IMG/VR virus record: IMGVR_UViG_3300031754_000002
Location: 1 to 64,000 of that record
From: a virus
Strand: one strand, 5' to 3'
DNA length: 64,000 nt
Part shown: piece by piece, positions 1-9,293 of the stretch
How positions within the stretch are numbered: the stretch's first letter is position 1
How the letters are laid out: each line of letters begins with the position of its first letter
Notes under the pieces: model-generated
The model's input: only the letters and a program-made list of their open reading frames with translations
Told to the model about the DNA's origin: nothing
Databases searched by the model: none
Position numbers and translations under genes: made by a program

Positions 1-297
1 CGACCACGACCACGACCCCGACCCCGACCGCGACCACGACCGCGACCGCGACCACGACCCCGACCGCGACCACGACCGCGACCGCGACCACGACCACGAC
101 CGCGATCCCGACCACGACCACGACCCCGACCGCGACCACGACCGCGACCCCGACCGCGACCGCGACCCCGACCGCGACCGCGACCGCGACCGCGACCACG
201 ACCACGACCACGACCACGACCGCGACCGCGACCACGACCCCGACCCCGACCGCGACCACGACCGCGACCACGACCCGAGGACAGCCGTGCCGGTCAC
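1..297 (-). CDS. Low-complexity S-[R/W/G] dipeptide repeat protein (MTGTAVLGSWSRSWSR...), truncated by the window
   Basis: GTG at 297 overlaps the TGA of a 21-aa ORF (294-359, MRRSWSWSGSRS...), which overlaps the stop of 356-619 (GTGA coupling). Confidence 0.5.
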   Translation of the reverse strand, partial: MTGTAVLGSWSRSWSRSGSGSWSRSRSWSWSWSWSRSRSRSRSGSRSRSGSRSWSRSGSWSWSGSRSWSWSRSRSWSRSGSWSRSRSWSRSGSGSWSWS

Positions 298-355
298 GAC
301 GACCGCGACCACGACCACGACCGCGACCGCGACCCCGACCACGACCACGACCGCC
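1..355 (-). repeat. Imperfect 6-bp tandem repeat (minus strand TCG-NGG, N=T/C/G), running off the window edge
   Basis: cgacca/cgaccg/cgaccc units throughout, interrupted only at about 277-297. Confidence 0.95.
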
Positions 356-619
356 TCACTTCGATGCGGTGGGCAGCTCGTGGTGCCAGGGGATGATGTC
401 CACGACTGCGCCGAGATTGACGCGCACGCCGTCGCCAAGCATCTCCACTTCGTTTAGCTCACTAGGGCCATGCTTGATCGTTTCTCCGAGCCGACCCGTG
501 TCGGCGACCCACGAGGCGCCCTTCAGTTCAAGGAAACCATCCTCCACCGCCGCGACCTCGCCAAGCTGGAAATATGTGACGGTGCGCACTAGCACCCGCT
601 GCCCTATGAGCTTATTCAT
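356..619 (-). CDS. DUF6948-like small phage protein
   Basis: IGQRVLVRTVTY...GEV...LELKGASWVADTG pattern; AAAGGAG RBS upstream. Confidence 0.75.
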   Translation of the reverse strand: MNKLIGQRVLVRTVTYFQLGEVAAVEDGFLELKGASWVADTGRLGETIKHGPSELNEVEMLGDGVRVNLGAVVDIIPWHHELPTASK

Positions 620-692
620 TGATCTTCTCCTTTGAGGTTTGGCGCCACACGGGATCGTGTCTCGCCAGTTTCGATATGAGATTCTTGCGTCA

Positions 693-720
693 ATGCCTGA
701 TAAGGGCCCTTATGACAACC
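693..720 (+). promoter_or_regulatory. dif-like XerC/XerD site
   Basis: ATGCCTGATAA-GGGCCC-TTATGACAACC, 11-6-11 architecture. Confidence 0.6.
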
Positions 721-934
721 ACGAGACGGCGCGCGATTGGCTCAAGCGCGGGCGTCACGACTGCCCACCACGCGGCGCGTAGATCAACCAGCGCGTAGTC
801 CAGCTCGGCCTGGTCAGCCGCCCAGAGCCGCCGGTGGCCGACGCGCACGACTTCGCTGGAGATCCCCACGTCGCCGGCCTTGCAGCAGCCGTAGCGGCAG
901 TCGTCCTCGCGCGGTGCCGGGAAGACATCGATCC

Positions 935-1276
935 TCACCGGAGCACCTCGAACTCGACGCGCCACACGAGCTTGCGCAGCGGCAGGGAGCCATTGATCGC
1001 CTGGAACGCGATGGCGAACTGCTCCACGCTCGGGAAGCCCTCCTTGCGGGCCTCGGCCTTGCTCATGTCGAGCATCTGTTCCTGCGTGCAGGACACCACG
1101 CGCGCGCGTCCGATCGACGGCTTGCCGCGTCCCGGCTGCACGGCGAACTCCTTCCCCTCGACGTAGATGCACCGCTCGCGCCACCACGACGACCGCGCGT
1201 TGTCGCTGACGAGCCGCCGCGTGACCGTCTTCTCGCCAGCCATCACCTTTGCTGCGAGCTCGGGGCGGAAGATCAT
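935..1276 (-). CDS. ASCH domain protein
   Basis: MIFRPELAAKVMAGEKTVTRR ... EARKEGF ... VWRVEFEV. Confidence 0.85.
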   Translation of the reverse strand: MIFRPELAAKVMAGEKTVTRRLVSDNARSSWWRERCIYVEGKEFAVQPGRGKPSIGRARVVSCTQEQMLDMSKAEARKEGFPSVEQFAIAFQAINGSLPLRKLVWRVEFEVLR

Positions 1277-1427
1277 CGGCCCCTCGGACGGCCGTGGCGA
1301 CGCTTCTGTGGTCGATTGCGGCGAGCGCGGGCCTGTGCTCGTGCGCCTCGACGCAAGATAAGCCGAAGTCCGGGCGGCGTCCGATACTCCTGCGTCTTCG
1401 CCTCGTCATACACTAGCTCGCCCCGCT

Positions 1428-2255
1428 TCACGCTGGCTCCAGGGTGTCGAACAGCGAGGACTGGCCCGCATCCGCAAATTCGCGTCTGCGTGCGGCTGAC
1501 TCCGACCTCACCTCAATAGATAGATTCTCGGGGTGCTCGGCCCACCAGGCGATGCGAGCTCGCGCGAGCGCTAGGTAGCCCTGGTCTCGCTCGATGCCGA
1601 GGAACCGGCGGCCCTCGAGCACCGCGGCGCAGCCCGTCGACCCGGAGCCGGCGAATGGGTCGAGCACGAGGGCGCCCGGCGGCAGTCGCAATTCGAGGAT
1701 CCGCTTCGCGGCCACGCGCTCCTCCTCGGAGCCTCCAATCGCAAGCGATCTGACGGTCTCGTCGTCCAAGGCTGATATCTGGCGCTCCATCTCGGGTTGC
1801 GACCGCAGTGCTCCCTCCTCAGCCTCCCGCTCCGCGCGCCGCGCCTCCTCGCACGCGGCCCGGCGTTCCGCTTCGGCCCGCTCCTCGGCTACCCGGCGCT
1901 GCTCGTCAAGCCGAAACTGCTCCTCGGCGCGCAGGCGCTCCTGCTCTTGGTGGAAGGCGAGCAGCTTGCCGCGCACCAGCCCGTCCGCCTCGGTCAGCGG
2001 GAAGATGGCGCCTTTCATCCTCTCGTTGATCGCTTTAACGTGGGCATTCAACGGATCGACGAGAAAGCGACGGGCGCGCTCACTGCGGTCTCGCGCGGCC
2101 TTGATCTCAGCGAGGAACGCTGTTGCGTTCTGTGCTTGGTCGGATGTCTCGACCTCGATCTCCCTCGCCCGCGCCACCACTGCTGAGACCTTGGAGGAGA
2201 CCTCCGCTAGCTTCTCCTGCTCGTCGGTGACGATGGCGCTCACTGAGCTTGCCAT
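1428..2255 (-). CDS. Coiled-coil phage protein fused to a C-terminal fragment of an N4/N6 DNA methyltransferase
   Basis: N-terminal helical coil; C-terminal [31 protein letters not shown]-binding motif, with no DPPY/SPPY motif. Confidence 0.7.
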   Translation of the reverse strand: MASSVSAIVTDEQEKLAEVSSKVSAVVARAREIEVETSDQAQNATAFLAEIKAARDRSERARRFLVDPLNAHVKAINERMKGAIFPLTEADGLVRGKLLAFHQEQERLRAEEQFRLDEQRRVAEERAEAERRAACEEARRAEREAEEGALRSQPEMERQISALDDETVRSLAIGGSEEERVAAKRILELRLPPGALVLDPFAGSGSTGCAAVLEGRRFLGIERDQGYLALARARIAWWAEHPENLSIEVRSESAARRREFADAGQSSLFDTLEPA

Positions 2256-2440
2256 CCCTCTGACTCGTCGGCGACCGCGTTGAGGGCGGCGGCAATGTCA
2301 CGGGCTTCGGCGGCCGTGATGGTGTAGCCGTCGCCGCCGTCCGGCACGAAGTGGATGCCATCGATGGGGGCACCCACGTCCGTTAGGTCCAGTTCGACCG
2401 TGATGCAGCGCTTCACGGTCGTTACAGCGAAGTCGCTCAT
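2240..2440 (-). CDS. Hypothetical phage protein (MSDFAVTT...)
   Basis: ATGA overlap with the Bet stop. Confidence 0.55.
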   Translation of the reverse strand: MSDFAVTTVKRCITVELDLTDVGAPIDGIHFVPDGGDGYTITAAEARDIAAALNAVADESEGWQAQ

Positions 2441-3273
2441 GCTCGCGTCCCCGCCATATGCGCCGCCAATGCCTCTCTGAAAGCCGGCAGAGTGGCCTGG
2501 GTCAGTTCGTCGAGCCTGTCCACGCCGGCGGCTAGGCACAGCATCTGCATTGCGGTGTCGTCGAGGCCGTGGGTTGCGGCGGCGATGTCGGAGCGCTGCT
2601 CGTCGGTCAACGACATCGGTCCGCTGTAGATTACGCCGACGGCCGCACCTGCTCCGCCTCGGTTCGGGCCGGCGTCGGCGCGCGATTCGGCGTCCGCTTG
2701 CGCCATCTCGTCCACCGTGTATAGCCCGGAGAGGTCGTTGGGGAACGCGCGGCGCAGCGCCAGCGCCTCCGCGACCTTGGCGAGTTGGTTGGCCGGCATC
2801 TTCTGCCACATGAAATCTTCGGCGGGGACGTACTCGCGCCAGTGCGCGACCGCCGGCGAGTCCGAAACCTGACCGGCGAGAAGCTTGCGGACCGTGACCT
2901 TCGCCGCCGAGGGGTGGCCGTCGGTCAGCCAGACCTCTTTCCAGCGCCCGGATTTGCCGCACCACGCCGTGCTGACCGTCCCGAGGTAGCAGCCGGTGCG
3001 CTCCGCGATCAGGCGGAACCCGTCGATCGAGGTCTGCACCGTCATCACCTCGCGGCGCGCGCGGCGGTCGTAGCGGAAGATGGCGAATATTTGCTTCGAG
3101 AGTGGGTCCAGGCCCGTTCTCTTGGCTTGCCCGACGAATAGTGCCAACTCGTCGTTTGTCGCCTCCCGGTCCTTGGGGCGGCAGATGGTCCGCTTTATCA
3201 ACGCGAGCTGCTCGGGTGTGAAATCCACGAGTGCGGGCGCGCTGCCGTTCGTTGTCGTTGCTGACGCGCTCAT
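2437..3273 (-). CDS. bet: Phage single-strand annealing recombinase (Bet/RecT family)
   Basis: [61 protein letters not shown]. Confidence 0.92.
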   Translation of the reverse strand: MSASATTTNGSAPALVDFTPEQLALIKRTICRPKDREATNDELALFVGQAKRTGLDPLSKQIFAIFRYDRRARREVMTVQTSIDGFRLIAERTGCYLGTVSTAWCGKSGRWKEVWLTDGHPSAAKVTVRKLLAGQVSDSPAVAHWREYVPAEDFMWQKMPANQLAKVAEALALRRAFPNDLSGLYTVDEMAQADAESRADAGPNRGGAGAAVGVIYSGPMSLTDEQRSDIAAATHGLDDTAMQMLCLAAGVDRLDELTQATLPAFREALAAHMAGTRA

Positions 3274-3687
3274 CGGACCGCCCGGCTCTCTTTGGCGTCG
3301 GCGCCGACCGTGCAGTCTACGCCGGGGTGAGACTCGCCCGAGGATGCCCGCAGCCCCGCCGGACACGGGAGCGACCCATGCACGGCCTCGTTTGGGTGTC
3401 CCCCTCGGTTATCCACCCCGTCGTCGGCCGGCTCGGGCCAGCCGTAGAAGTCGGCGTCGCCCCAGCCGTCGCGGAGCGCGTCGTCGAGGCTCACCGGGCC
3501 GTCGTGGTCGGCTAGGCACGACATCAGAAGTCCTGCACCTTGCCCGGCCCAAGGCGGTCGGGCGGGGCTGGCGGCACATCGTTCAAGCGTGCCGCGGCTC
3601 GTTGCGCTTTCGGGAGGTCGAGATACGGGCCGCCGACCGCTACGCCACTGACAGGATTGACGACGTGGTCGAACTGGCTGCGGGCGC

Positions 3688-3891
3688 TCACCCCTCAGCC
3701 CCGCCGGTCACACCCAACGCCGCCCGTGCGGCGTGCGCGATCGAGACAGAGAGGTTGGTCGCCTCTTCGAGGTCGAGCACGACCGCGAAGTCCACTACGC
3801 CGCATTTGATCGTGAGGCGCACGAGCCCCGCCGTCTCCAGTGCCTCTGCGTATGCCACGAGGAGAGAGCTCCACGCGGACGCCCGGTCCAT
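3688..3891 (-). CDS. Hypothetical protein (MDRASAWSS...)
   Basis: Start overlaps the stop of the upstream HTH gene. Confidence 0.4.
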   Translation of the reverse strand: MDRASAWSSLLVAYAEALETAGLVRLTIKCGVVDFAVVLDLEEATNLSVSIAHAARAALGVTGGAEG

Positions 3892-4103
3892 CACGCGTCC
3901 TCCGGCGGCCACAGGCTCGTGACGCTCACACCCAACACCTTGGCGATCCTGCGCTGGGTGACGTACATGGGGATGCTGGCGCCTCGTCGCCAGCGTGAGA
4001 CCTGCGAGACGTTGACGCCGAGCTCCTTGGCGAGCCACTGGCCGGTGCGCTCTGCGGCCCATAGGGCCTCGTCGAGCGGCGTGCGGACGGCGCGGCGGGT
4101 CAC
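3891..4103 (-). CDS. Cro/XRE-like HTH regulator
   Basis: QWLAKELGVNVSQVSRWRRG...IAKVLGVSVTSLW; leaderless GTG after a promoter. Confidence 0.85.
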   Translation of the reverse strand: MTRRAVRTPLDEALWAAERTGQWLAKELGVNVSQVSRWRRGASIPMYVTQRRIAKVLGVSVTSLWPPEDA

Positions 4104-4110
4104 GCTGAGC

Positions 4111-4138
4111 ACGTTACACGCCAGCTGCGTCATGTCAA
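4111..4138 (-). promoter_or_regulatory. Sigma70-type promoter for the early leftward operon
   Basis: TTGACA-16 nt-TAACGT, 7 nt before the GTG. Confidence 0.65.
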
Positions 4139-4218
4139 GCGATTGACGCAAGTATTGGCCGGTGTTTGCGGGATTAGGCTTTCCCGAAGCCCCAACGGGG
4201 CGAGTAGCTTTAGACCAG

Positions 4219-4638
4219 ATGCAAGCCAAGCCTAAAGCGCCCGACTTTCGCGAGGCTATTCGCCAAGCGGCTCTGCCTCATTTGACAGCCGACGGTGCGG
4301 TGATCGTCCGTCTCGTTGGGCTGACCGGCGGGAAGCGCGGACCCTACTGCGTCAGCCGGCTCTACGCCCGCGCCGACTACGGCAGCGGCTATGACGGCTC
4401 GTGTAAGTTGCGGGCCGTCGTCTGGGGTCGTGTGACGCGGATGTACAACGAGGACACCGTTGGCGCGAACTTCTACGTCGTCTATCGCTACAGCAGCGGC
4501 GCGACGGTCGTCTACCACGACCCCGACAGCATCCTGCTGCATGTAGCCGCGGCTCAAGCTGCTGTGTATGGCTACGAGGAACGCACGCTCTCCGCGAGTC
4601 ACAGCTTGAAGCACTCCGCGCGGGGGAACTGCTCGTAG
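4219..4638 (+). CDS. Hypothetical protein
   Basis: Open frame with plausible composition, divergent from the HTH gene. Confidence 0.5.
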   Translation: MQAKPKAPDFREAIRQAALPHLTADGAVIVRLVGLTGGKRGPYCVSRLYARADYGSGYDGSCKLRAVVWGRVTRMYNEDTVGANFYVVYRYSSGATVVYHDPDSILLHVAAAQAAVYGYEERTLSASHSLKHSARGNCS

Positions 4639-4765
4639 AACGCTCGTCTACTCAGGCTTCGGTCATGTCCTGCCTCTCTTCCAGGCGCGCCAGGCGCCTC
4701 TCGTGGTAATCGGCCATCGGTGCTCAGACTACAGCGAGCAGCTATGTTCGGGCGGCGGCAAAACA

Positions 4766-4794
4766 TTGACAAGTTGCCGAACCCGGTGTAGTCT
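4766..4794 (+). promoter_or_regulatory. Sigma70-type promoter
   Basis: TTGACA-17 nt-TAGTCT, followed by a leader hairpin and AGGAG RBS. Confidence 0.7.
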
Positions 4795-4867
4795 CAAGAC
4801 CCAGAACAAGAAAGGCGCCCGCGCGAGTTGAGGTTCGCCGGGCGCCGGGCCACCACGAACAGGAGAC

Positions 4868-5603
4868 GTGATGACAGCCAGCAGCCTACCGAGCGTGACC
4901 GTCGTCTCCGTTAAGTTGAGCCCGGACACGCTCTCGCACTGGCGCGAGGTGATCCGGCGATACCACGAGACCTACCCTCCGGCCTCACCCCAAGACCCTG
5001 ACGACGACGCCAAGCTCGTGTTGCTGTGCGCCTTCCGTGGGGCAGCGGACTATGAGCTAGCAGCGACCGGCGGCCGGACATGAACGCCAGCGCAGCATCC
5101 GCCCGTCGGCGGGCGGTGATCCTCACCCGCAAGCTGGCGAGCGCCCTCGCCACGCTCACCGAGAACCTGCGCGCCCCGATCACGCTCGAACAGGTCAACC
5201 ACACGCGGAAAACGCTCACCTACGCCAAGGTCCACAACGGACCGGGCCGAGGGCGCTACACGATCTCGACCGGCGGCCGTGCGCGGCGAATGGGGTCCTC
5301 GTGATGTCCGCCGGAGACCGGGCGGTCCGGGCATACATCGAGTGTCTGCGCGCGTCCGCCGACGACGAACGCGTCATCGAGCGCTACCGGCAGCCAGGCG
5401 ATCAACTCGACCGCGTACGGGCGGCTAACCACTATGCCGCCATGCTAGACGAGGCCGAGCACGAGATCGAGGCAAGGGCAGACGCCTATGAACGGCACCT
5501 CGACGCCATCCAAGACGAGGAGATCATTCCACCGGAGAACGCGGCCATGCGCCGCGAGATTGACCGGGCGTTCGATGCTGTGCTCGGAGAGGGCCGACGC
5601 TAA
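4868..5603 (+). CDS. Three coupled small hypothetical genes (4868-5083, 5080-5304, 5301-5603)
   Basis: ATGA/GTGA overlaps; RBS before the first gene. Confidence 0.6.
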
Positions 5604-5621
5604 ATGCCGGTTTCACTCTTT

Positions 5622-5649
5622 CGTGGTCATAACATGGATTATCGAGCGC
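5622..5649 (-). promoter_or_regulatory. dif-like XerC/XerD site
   Basis: GCGCTCGATAA-TCCATG-TTATGACCACG. Confidence 0.65.
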
Positions 5650-5715
5650 CGCAACAAGCGCTCGTTTACGGGGCTTTTCGGTGCTTGATTGACATAACCG
5701 TTACGAGCGCTCGTC

Positions 5716-6171
5716 GTGTGGCGTGAGTGGCTAGCGTCGCTCGATCCCGGCATCGCACCCTTTGTCGATGTACTGCACGCCCACGGGATCGGGACAACAG
5801 AATCTTGCCAGGGTGGGAAGGGGCATGCGTTCCCTGAGCCAACGGTCTGCTTTGACGGGGATCTCAGTGAGGGCTACCGGGCTGCTGCGATAGCCCTCAC
5901 TCACAGCCTGCCGGTGTCCTCGATCCGCCGCTGCTGGCCGATCCACAGCTCCGGGGAGTTGACTGGGCCGGAATGGCAAATCGTGTTCTCACGGACAGCA
6001 CGCGAGGGCGATGTAAACCCAGACTCGCTGCCGGATGAGATGGAGATGATGGCCCGTGGCTACCTGGACCGGCGTGCTAAGAGGACTGTTGAGCCGTCGT
6101 ATCTAGATCATCGCAGCGTTTGCAGCGTATGCGTCCATTGCGGCCGGGCTCCCGATGACGCTGCTGAATGA
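5716..6171 (+). CDS. Hypothetical protein with LDPGI...G..T.ESC.G..GH motif; paralog of 9271-9753
   Basis: LDPGIAPFVDVLHAHGIGTTESCQGGKGHAFPEPTV vs LDPGVAPYVDALREAGVETFESCEGGRERGHCYPEPTV. Confidence 0.75.
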   Translation: MWREWLASLDPGIAPFVDVLHAHGIGTTESCQGGKGHAFPEPTVCFDGDLSEGYRAAAIALTHSLPVSSIRRCWPIHSSGELTGPEWQIVFSRTAREGDVNPDSLPDEMEMMARGYLDRRAKRTVEPSYLDHRSVCSVCVHCGRAPDDAAE

Positions 6172-6348
6172 GCTTCCCGTGGCCGCATTCGTCGCTGTCG
6201 TGGTAGCGACGCTTCTCGTCGGCCTCGTACTCGTCGGAGTTCGTGTGGAACGGCTGCACTTTGGTCATTGCGTGTCCTTCCGGTCGCGGATTCCTCGCAA
6301 CGCTAAAGGACGGGGGAAGGCTGCGTCAGCCCGCGTTTTTGACCTACT

Positions 6349-6376
6349 GCTTGTCATAATCTGCATCATCGGGCGT
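6349..6376 (-). promoter_or_regulatory. dif-like XerC/XerD site
   Basis: ACGCCCGATGA-TGCAGA-TTATGACAAGC. Confidence 0.6.
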
Positions 6377-6617
6377 AGGGGAGAAGCCCGCAAAGTTCCA
6401 TGTAATCGACGCTTTCCCCAGTCGTGCTGTATGCTGCCGGCAGTAGAGCGCCCCCCGGCACGAGTGCACCGAACCGAGGGGCTACACCAAGGAGGCCAGT
6501 CCTTGATGTACCAGCATCCTATAACGTCCCGCGCGTCAAGTCCAGATAGCGGACTTTCCACGGACGCGCTTACGACCCCTGTTGTCGTGTCCGAAGCCCT
6601 GTCTAGCGTCTCGCGGC

Positions 6618-6740
6618 GCAGGCGTGGCGGAATTGGTAGACGCACCGGACCTTTAATCCGGCGGCAACACGTCAGAACCCTGAGACCAAGAATCAAGGGC
6701 GTCCTGACCGGCCATGTGGGTTCGACTCCCACCGCCTGTA
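6618..6740 (+). tRNA. Atypical tRNA: Leu-type body, loop CCTTTAA (anticodon TTT), variable arm of about 53 nt
   Basis: Acceptor GCAGGCG/CGCCTGT+A; D arm GCGGAATTGGTAGACGC; anticodon stem CCGGA/TCCGG; T arm GTGGG-TTCGACT-CCCAC. Confidence 0.8.
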
Positions 6741-6963
6741 CGCAGGCTATTCGACTCTGCTCCTGCTTGTTCCTGCTTGTGCTCTCGCTGGTGCCCCAAA
6801 CCGTCAGGGGCAACAGGTGAGGCATCCGAAGCCATGTCTAGTTTACGGGGTGCTTCTCGTTCGCGCGGGGAACGATGACCTTCGTAGTTCAGCGGATCGA
6901 GCGCTTTTGTCGCATCCGAAGCATACTCTAGCCTGCGGGGGCTTCCTTGACGGGGAGCGGTCA

Positions 6964-7036
6964 GCCTCCGTAGCTCAGTGGATAGAGCAGTCTTCTAGCG
7001 ATGGACAGGTCCCGAGTTCGACTCTCGGCGGGGGCG
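6964..7036 (+). tRNA. Atypical tRNA: Arg-like body with anticodon AGC
   Basis: GCCTCCG/CGGGGGC+G; GCTC-AGTGGATA-GAGC; GTCTT-CTAGCGA-TGGAC; CCGAG-TTCGACT-CTCGG. Confidence 0.8.
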
Positions 7037-7277
7037 TCAGGCCGGTATTCGGCACGCCACACGCCGCTTCCTGCATAGCTCGATTCCGACCTCTCGCTGC
7101 GGTACGCTTCTCAGTGCTAGAGGACTGCCCACCGGAGCTAGACCACGATCCCTTGTGGTTCGCTTCCGCTAAGGGCTTGAGGGGTCTGCTTCGGCAGGCC
7201 CCTCACTATGCTCGCACGCTTCTACTCGCCGTCTCCCTCTCGCTGGTGCTACCAGCTACAGCCCAGGTCTGTAAAGG

Positions 7278-8093
7278 ATGAGGGGCTTCGGCAGTATCGA
7301 GCGCGCGCACGGAGTCGATGAGCCCGACTATGAGCCACCGGCACGCGCCGAGAGGATGGTTGAGACAGGCGACCGCTTGCAGTCGGCTGCCAGCCGGATG
7401 GCATCCTTCGGTGGCTCGCTCGTCCGTCTCGGCTGCTCGGGGTCTGTGCTACTCGCCATCGTTCTGATCGTCGCTGGAGCGTTCTCAAGCCACTCCGCGA
7501 ACAGCAGCCCACCGGAATCCATAACGACAAGCGCCGAAGAACAGACCACGACTGCTGCGAGTACGCCAGCACCAGCCAAGACGGTCGCTAGCAAACTACA
7601 GGCCACGACCTCGTGCGGCAATGAAGGGCAGACCGACTTTGGCGTGTCTGTCAACGCGAACACGAGCTGCCCGTTTGCGATGGCCGTCCTCAAAGCCTAC
7701 GTGCAGGCCGGGTGGGCACCTAGCACGCCGAAGGCCGCAACGGTCAGCGCGTGGAGTCCCACCACACACAAGTCCTACAGCATGTCGTGTGCCGCGCTCT
7801 CAAGCGAAGCCATCGGTTGCTCTGGCGCCAATCACGCGTATCTCACATTTCAGATAGCCGTCGGCAGCGCGATAGCCAGCCAGGAACTTGAAGCCCAACG
7901 CAGTTCCGAAGGCGGCGACCAAGTTGGTTCCCTGAGCCACGCCACGGATGAACAGTTCTGCGAAGAACATGAATGTATCGGTAGTTTCACCAGCGAGGAA
8001 GGCACCGTTGTTGAATGCGCTGACGGCACCTATAGCCATGCGGGCGGTATCTCGGGTGCTTGCTCGGACCATGGCGGGGAGCGAGAAGGGTGA
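7278..8093 (+). CDS. Membrane-anchored Cys-rich extracellular protein with C-terminal DUF3761-like motif
   Basis: TM segment VLLAIVLIVAGAF; S/T linker; ECADGTYSHAGGISGACSDHGG. Confidence 0.75.
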   Translation: MRGFGSIERAHGVDEPDYEPPARAERMVETGDRLQSAASRMASFGGSLVRLGCSGSVLLAIVLIVAGAFSSHSANSSPPESITTSAEEQTTTAASTPAPAKTVASKLQATTSCGNEGQTDFGVSVNANTSCPFAMAVLKAYVQAGWAPSTPKAATVSAWSPTTHKSYSMSCAALSSEAIGCSGANHAYLTFQIAVGSAIASQELEAQRSSEGGDQVGSLSHATDEQFCEEHECIGSFTSEEGTVVECADGTYSHAGGISGACSDHGGEREG

Positions 8094-9016
8094 AGCCACC
8101 GGTCGCCATCTGCGTCGCTGTCGTAGCACTCCTACTACCGGCTACATCTAGCGCTACGGTCCATGTAGCGGAAATGCGGTTTATCGCTCCGAGCGAACCA
8201 CCGTCCCTCGAAGCACCGCTGCCAGCATGCGAGCCGTCTCACGAGCCGACCATCCAAGAACGTATTGAAGAACACGGAGCCAGCTCGGGAAGCAACTGTC
8301 GGCTTCTCAGTGAGGGCGATCACGTCGTCACAGCTACCTACGATGATGAACAAGGCAGCGTCACAATCGGGCTCGAAGTCTACAACCCCGGTTATTGGGG
8401 TCCAACACACGCCCAGGTAATGTTCGGCCTCGGCGCATCATGTCCTAACCCCGAACTCACTGGCAACGTGGTCGGCCAGTACCTACCACGAGGTGCTTCA
8501 TACACCGAAAGCGAACAAGCCGATACGGTAGCCCTCCAAGGATATACAGGGTCCGTTGAAGGGCACGAAACTTTCTCGGGCACCACGTTTACATGGACGT
8601 TTCGGAGTTCGGCCTTCGCTAACCGTGACTGGCGCTGCTTTTCCTTTGACGGCGGTAGCCAGACTGCGGCGTTCAACGGCTACCCCGAACCGCTGCCACA
8701 GCTCGTGTGCTTCACGGGCCATTACTACGTGGGGCGCCTGCGTCCGCATAACTGCTTGATCGCTCGGCCGAACTCGAATAGCAACGAAGTCTTCGACCTG
8801 ACGCATCTCCACTGGACGAGCTGGAGCGCCACACAAGCCACTGCGACCGGCTATGAGCTCGGCTCGCATCCGGGCATGACCGGCGCGAAACCCTACCGGG
8901 TGCGGCTCCTAGCCTCACGGCCCGGCACCGACCCCACAACTGGCGGACCGATGTTCACACGCATCACTGAGTACTCCAGTGCGCATCCTCACGGCCGAAC
9001 GGTACGACCCTACTAA
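8090..9016 (+). CDS. Secreted hypothetical protein
   Basis: Signal peptide MKPPVAICVAVVALLLPATSSA; LTHLHWTSWSATQATATG motif. Confidence 0.75.
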   Translation: MKPPVAICVAVVALLLPATSSATVHVAEMRFIAPSEPPSLEAPLPACEPSHEPTIQERIEEHGASSGSNCRLLSEGDHVVTATYDDEQGSVTIGLEVYNPGYWGPTHAQVMFGLGASCPNPELTGNVVGQYLPRGASYTESEQADTVALQGYTGSVEGHETFSGTTFTWTFRSSAFANRDWRCFSFDGGSQTAAFNGYPEPLPQLVCFTGHYYVGRLRPHNCLIARPNSNSNEVFDLTHLHWTSWSATQATATGYELGSHPGMTGAKPYRVRLLASRPGTDPTTGGPMFTRITEYSSAHPHGRTVRPY

Positions 9017-9113
9017 TGCGACGCGCTCTCGGCATACTCGCAGTCAGCGCTTGTTGTCTAGCCCTGCTCCCGCTCCCCGCGCTAGCGTTCGGCGCCCACA
9101 ACAAGGAGCAGCC

Positions 9114-9293
9114 ATGTCCTATTACACGATCGAGGAGCATTTGCCGCACGTCTACCACACCTATGAGACGTGTCCCGCTGGTAAGGCAATCAAGTCAGCG
9201 AACCGGCGCGAGGGAGAGGGTAGCGGCCGACGCCTTTGCGACGACTGCGAATACATCACCAAGAAGCTCGCTAAGGAACAGCAGCAAGGGTAG
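9114..9293 (+). CDS. Small His/Cys (likely Zn-binding) protein
   Basis: AAGGAG RBS; VYHTYETCPAG...RRLCDDC. Confidence 0.7.
   Translation: MSYYTIEEHLPHVYHTYETCPAGKAIKSANRREGEGSGRRLCDDCEYITKKLAKEQQQG

Noticed and set aside
6878-6945. Additional tRNA (ACCTTCGTAGTTCAGCGGATCGAGC...)
   Set aside because: It has a 5' half resemblance only, with no T arm.
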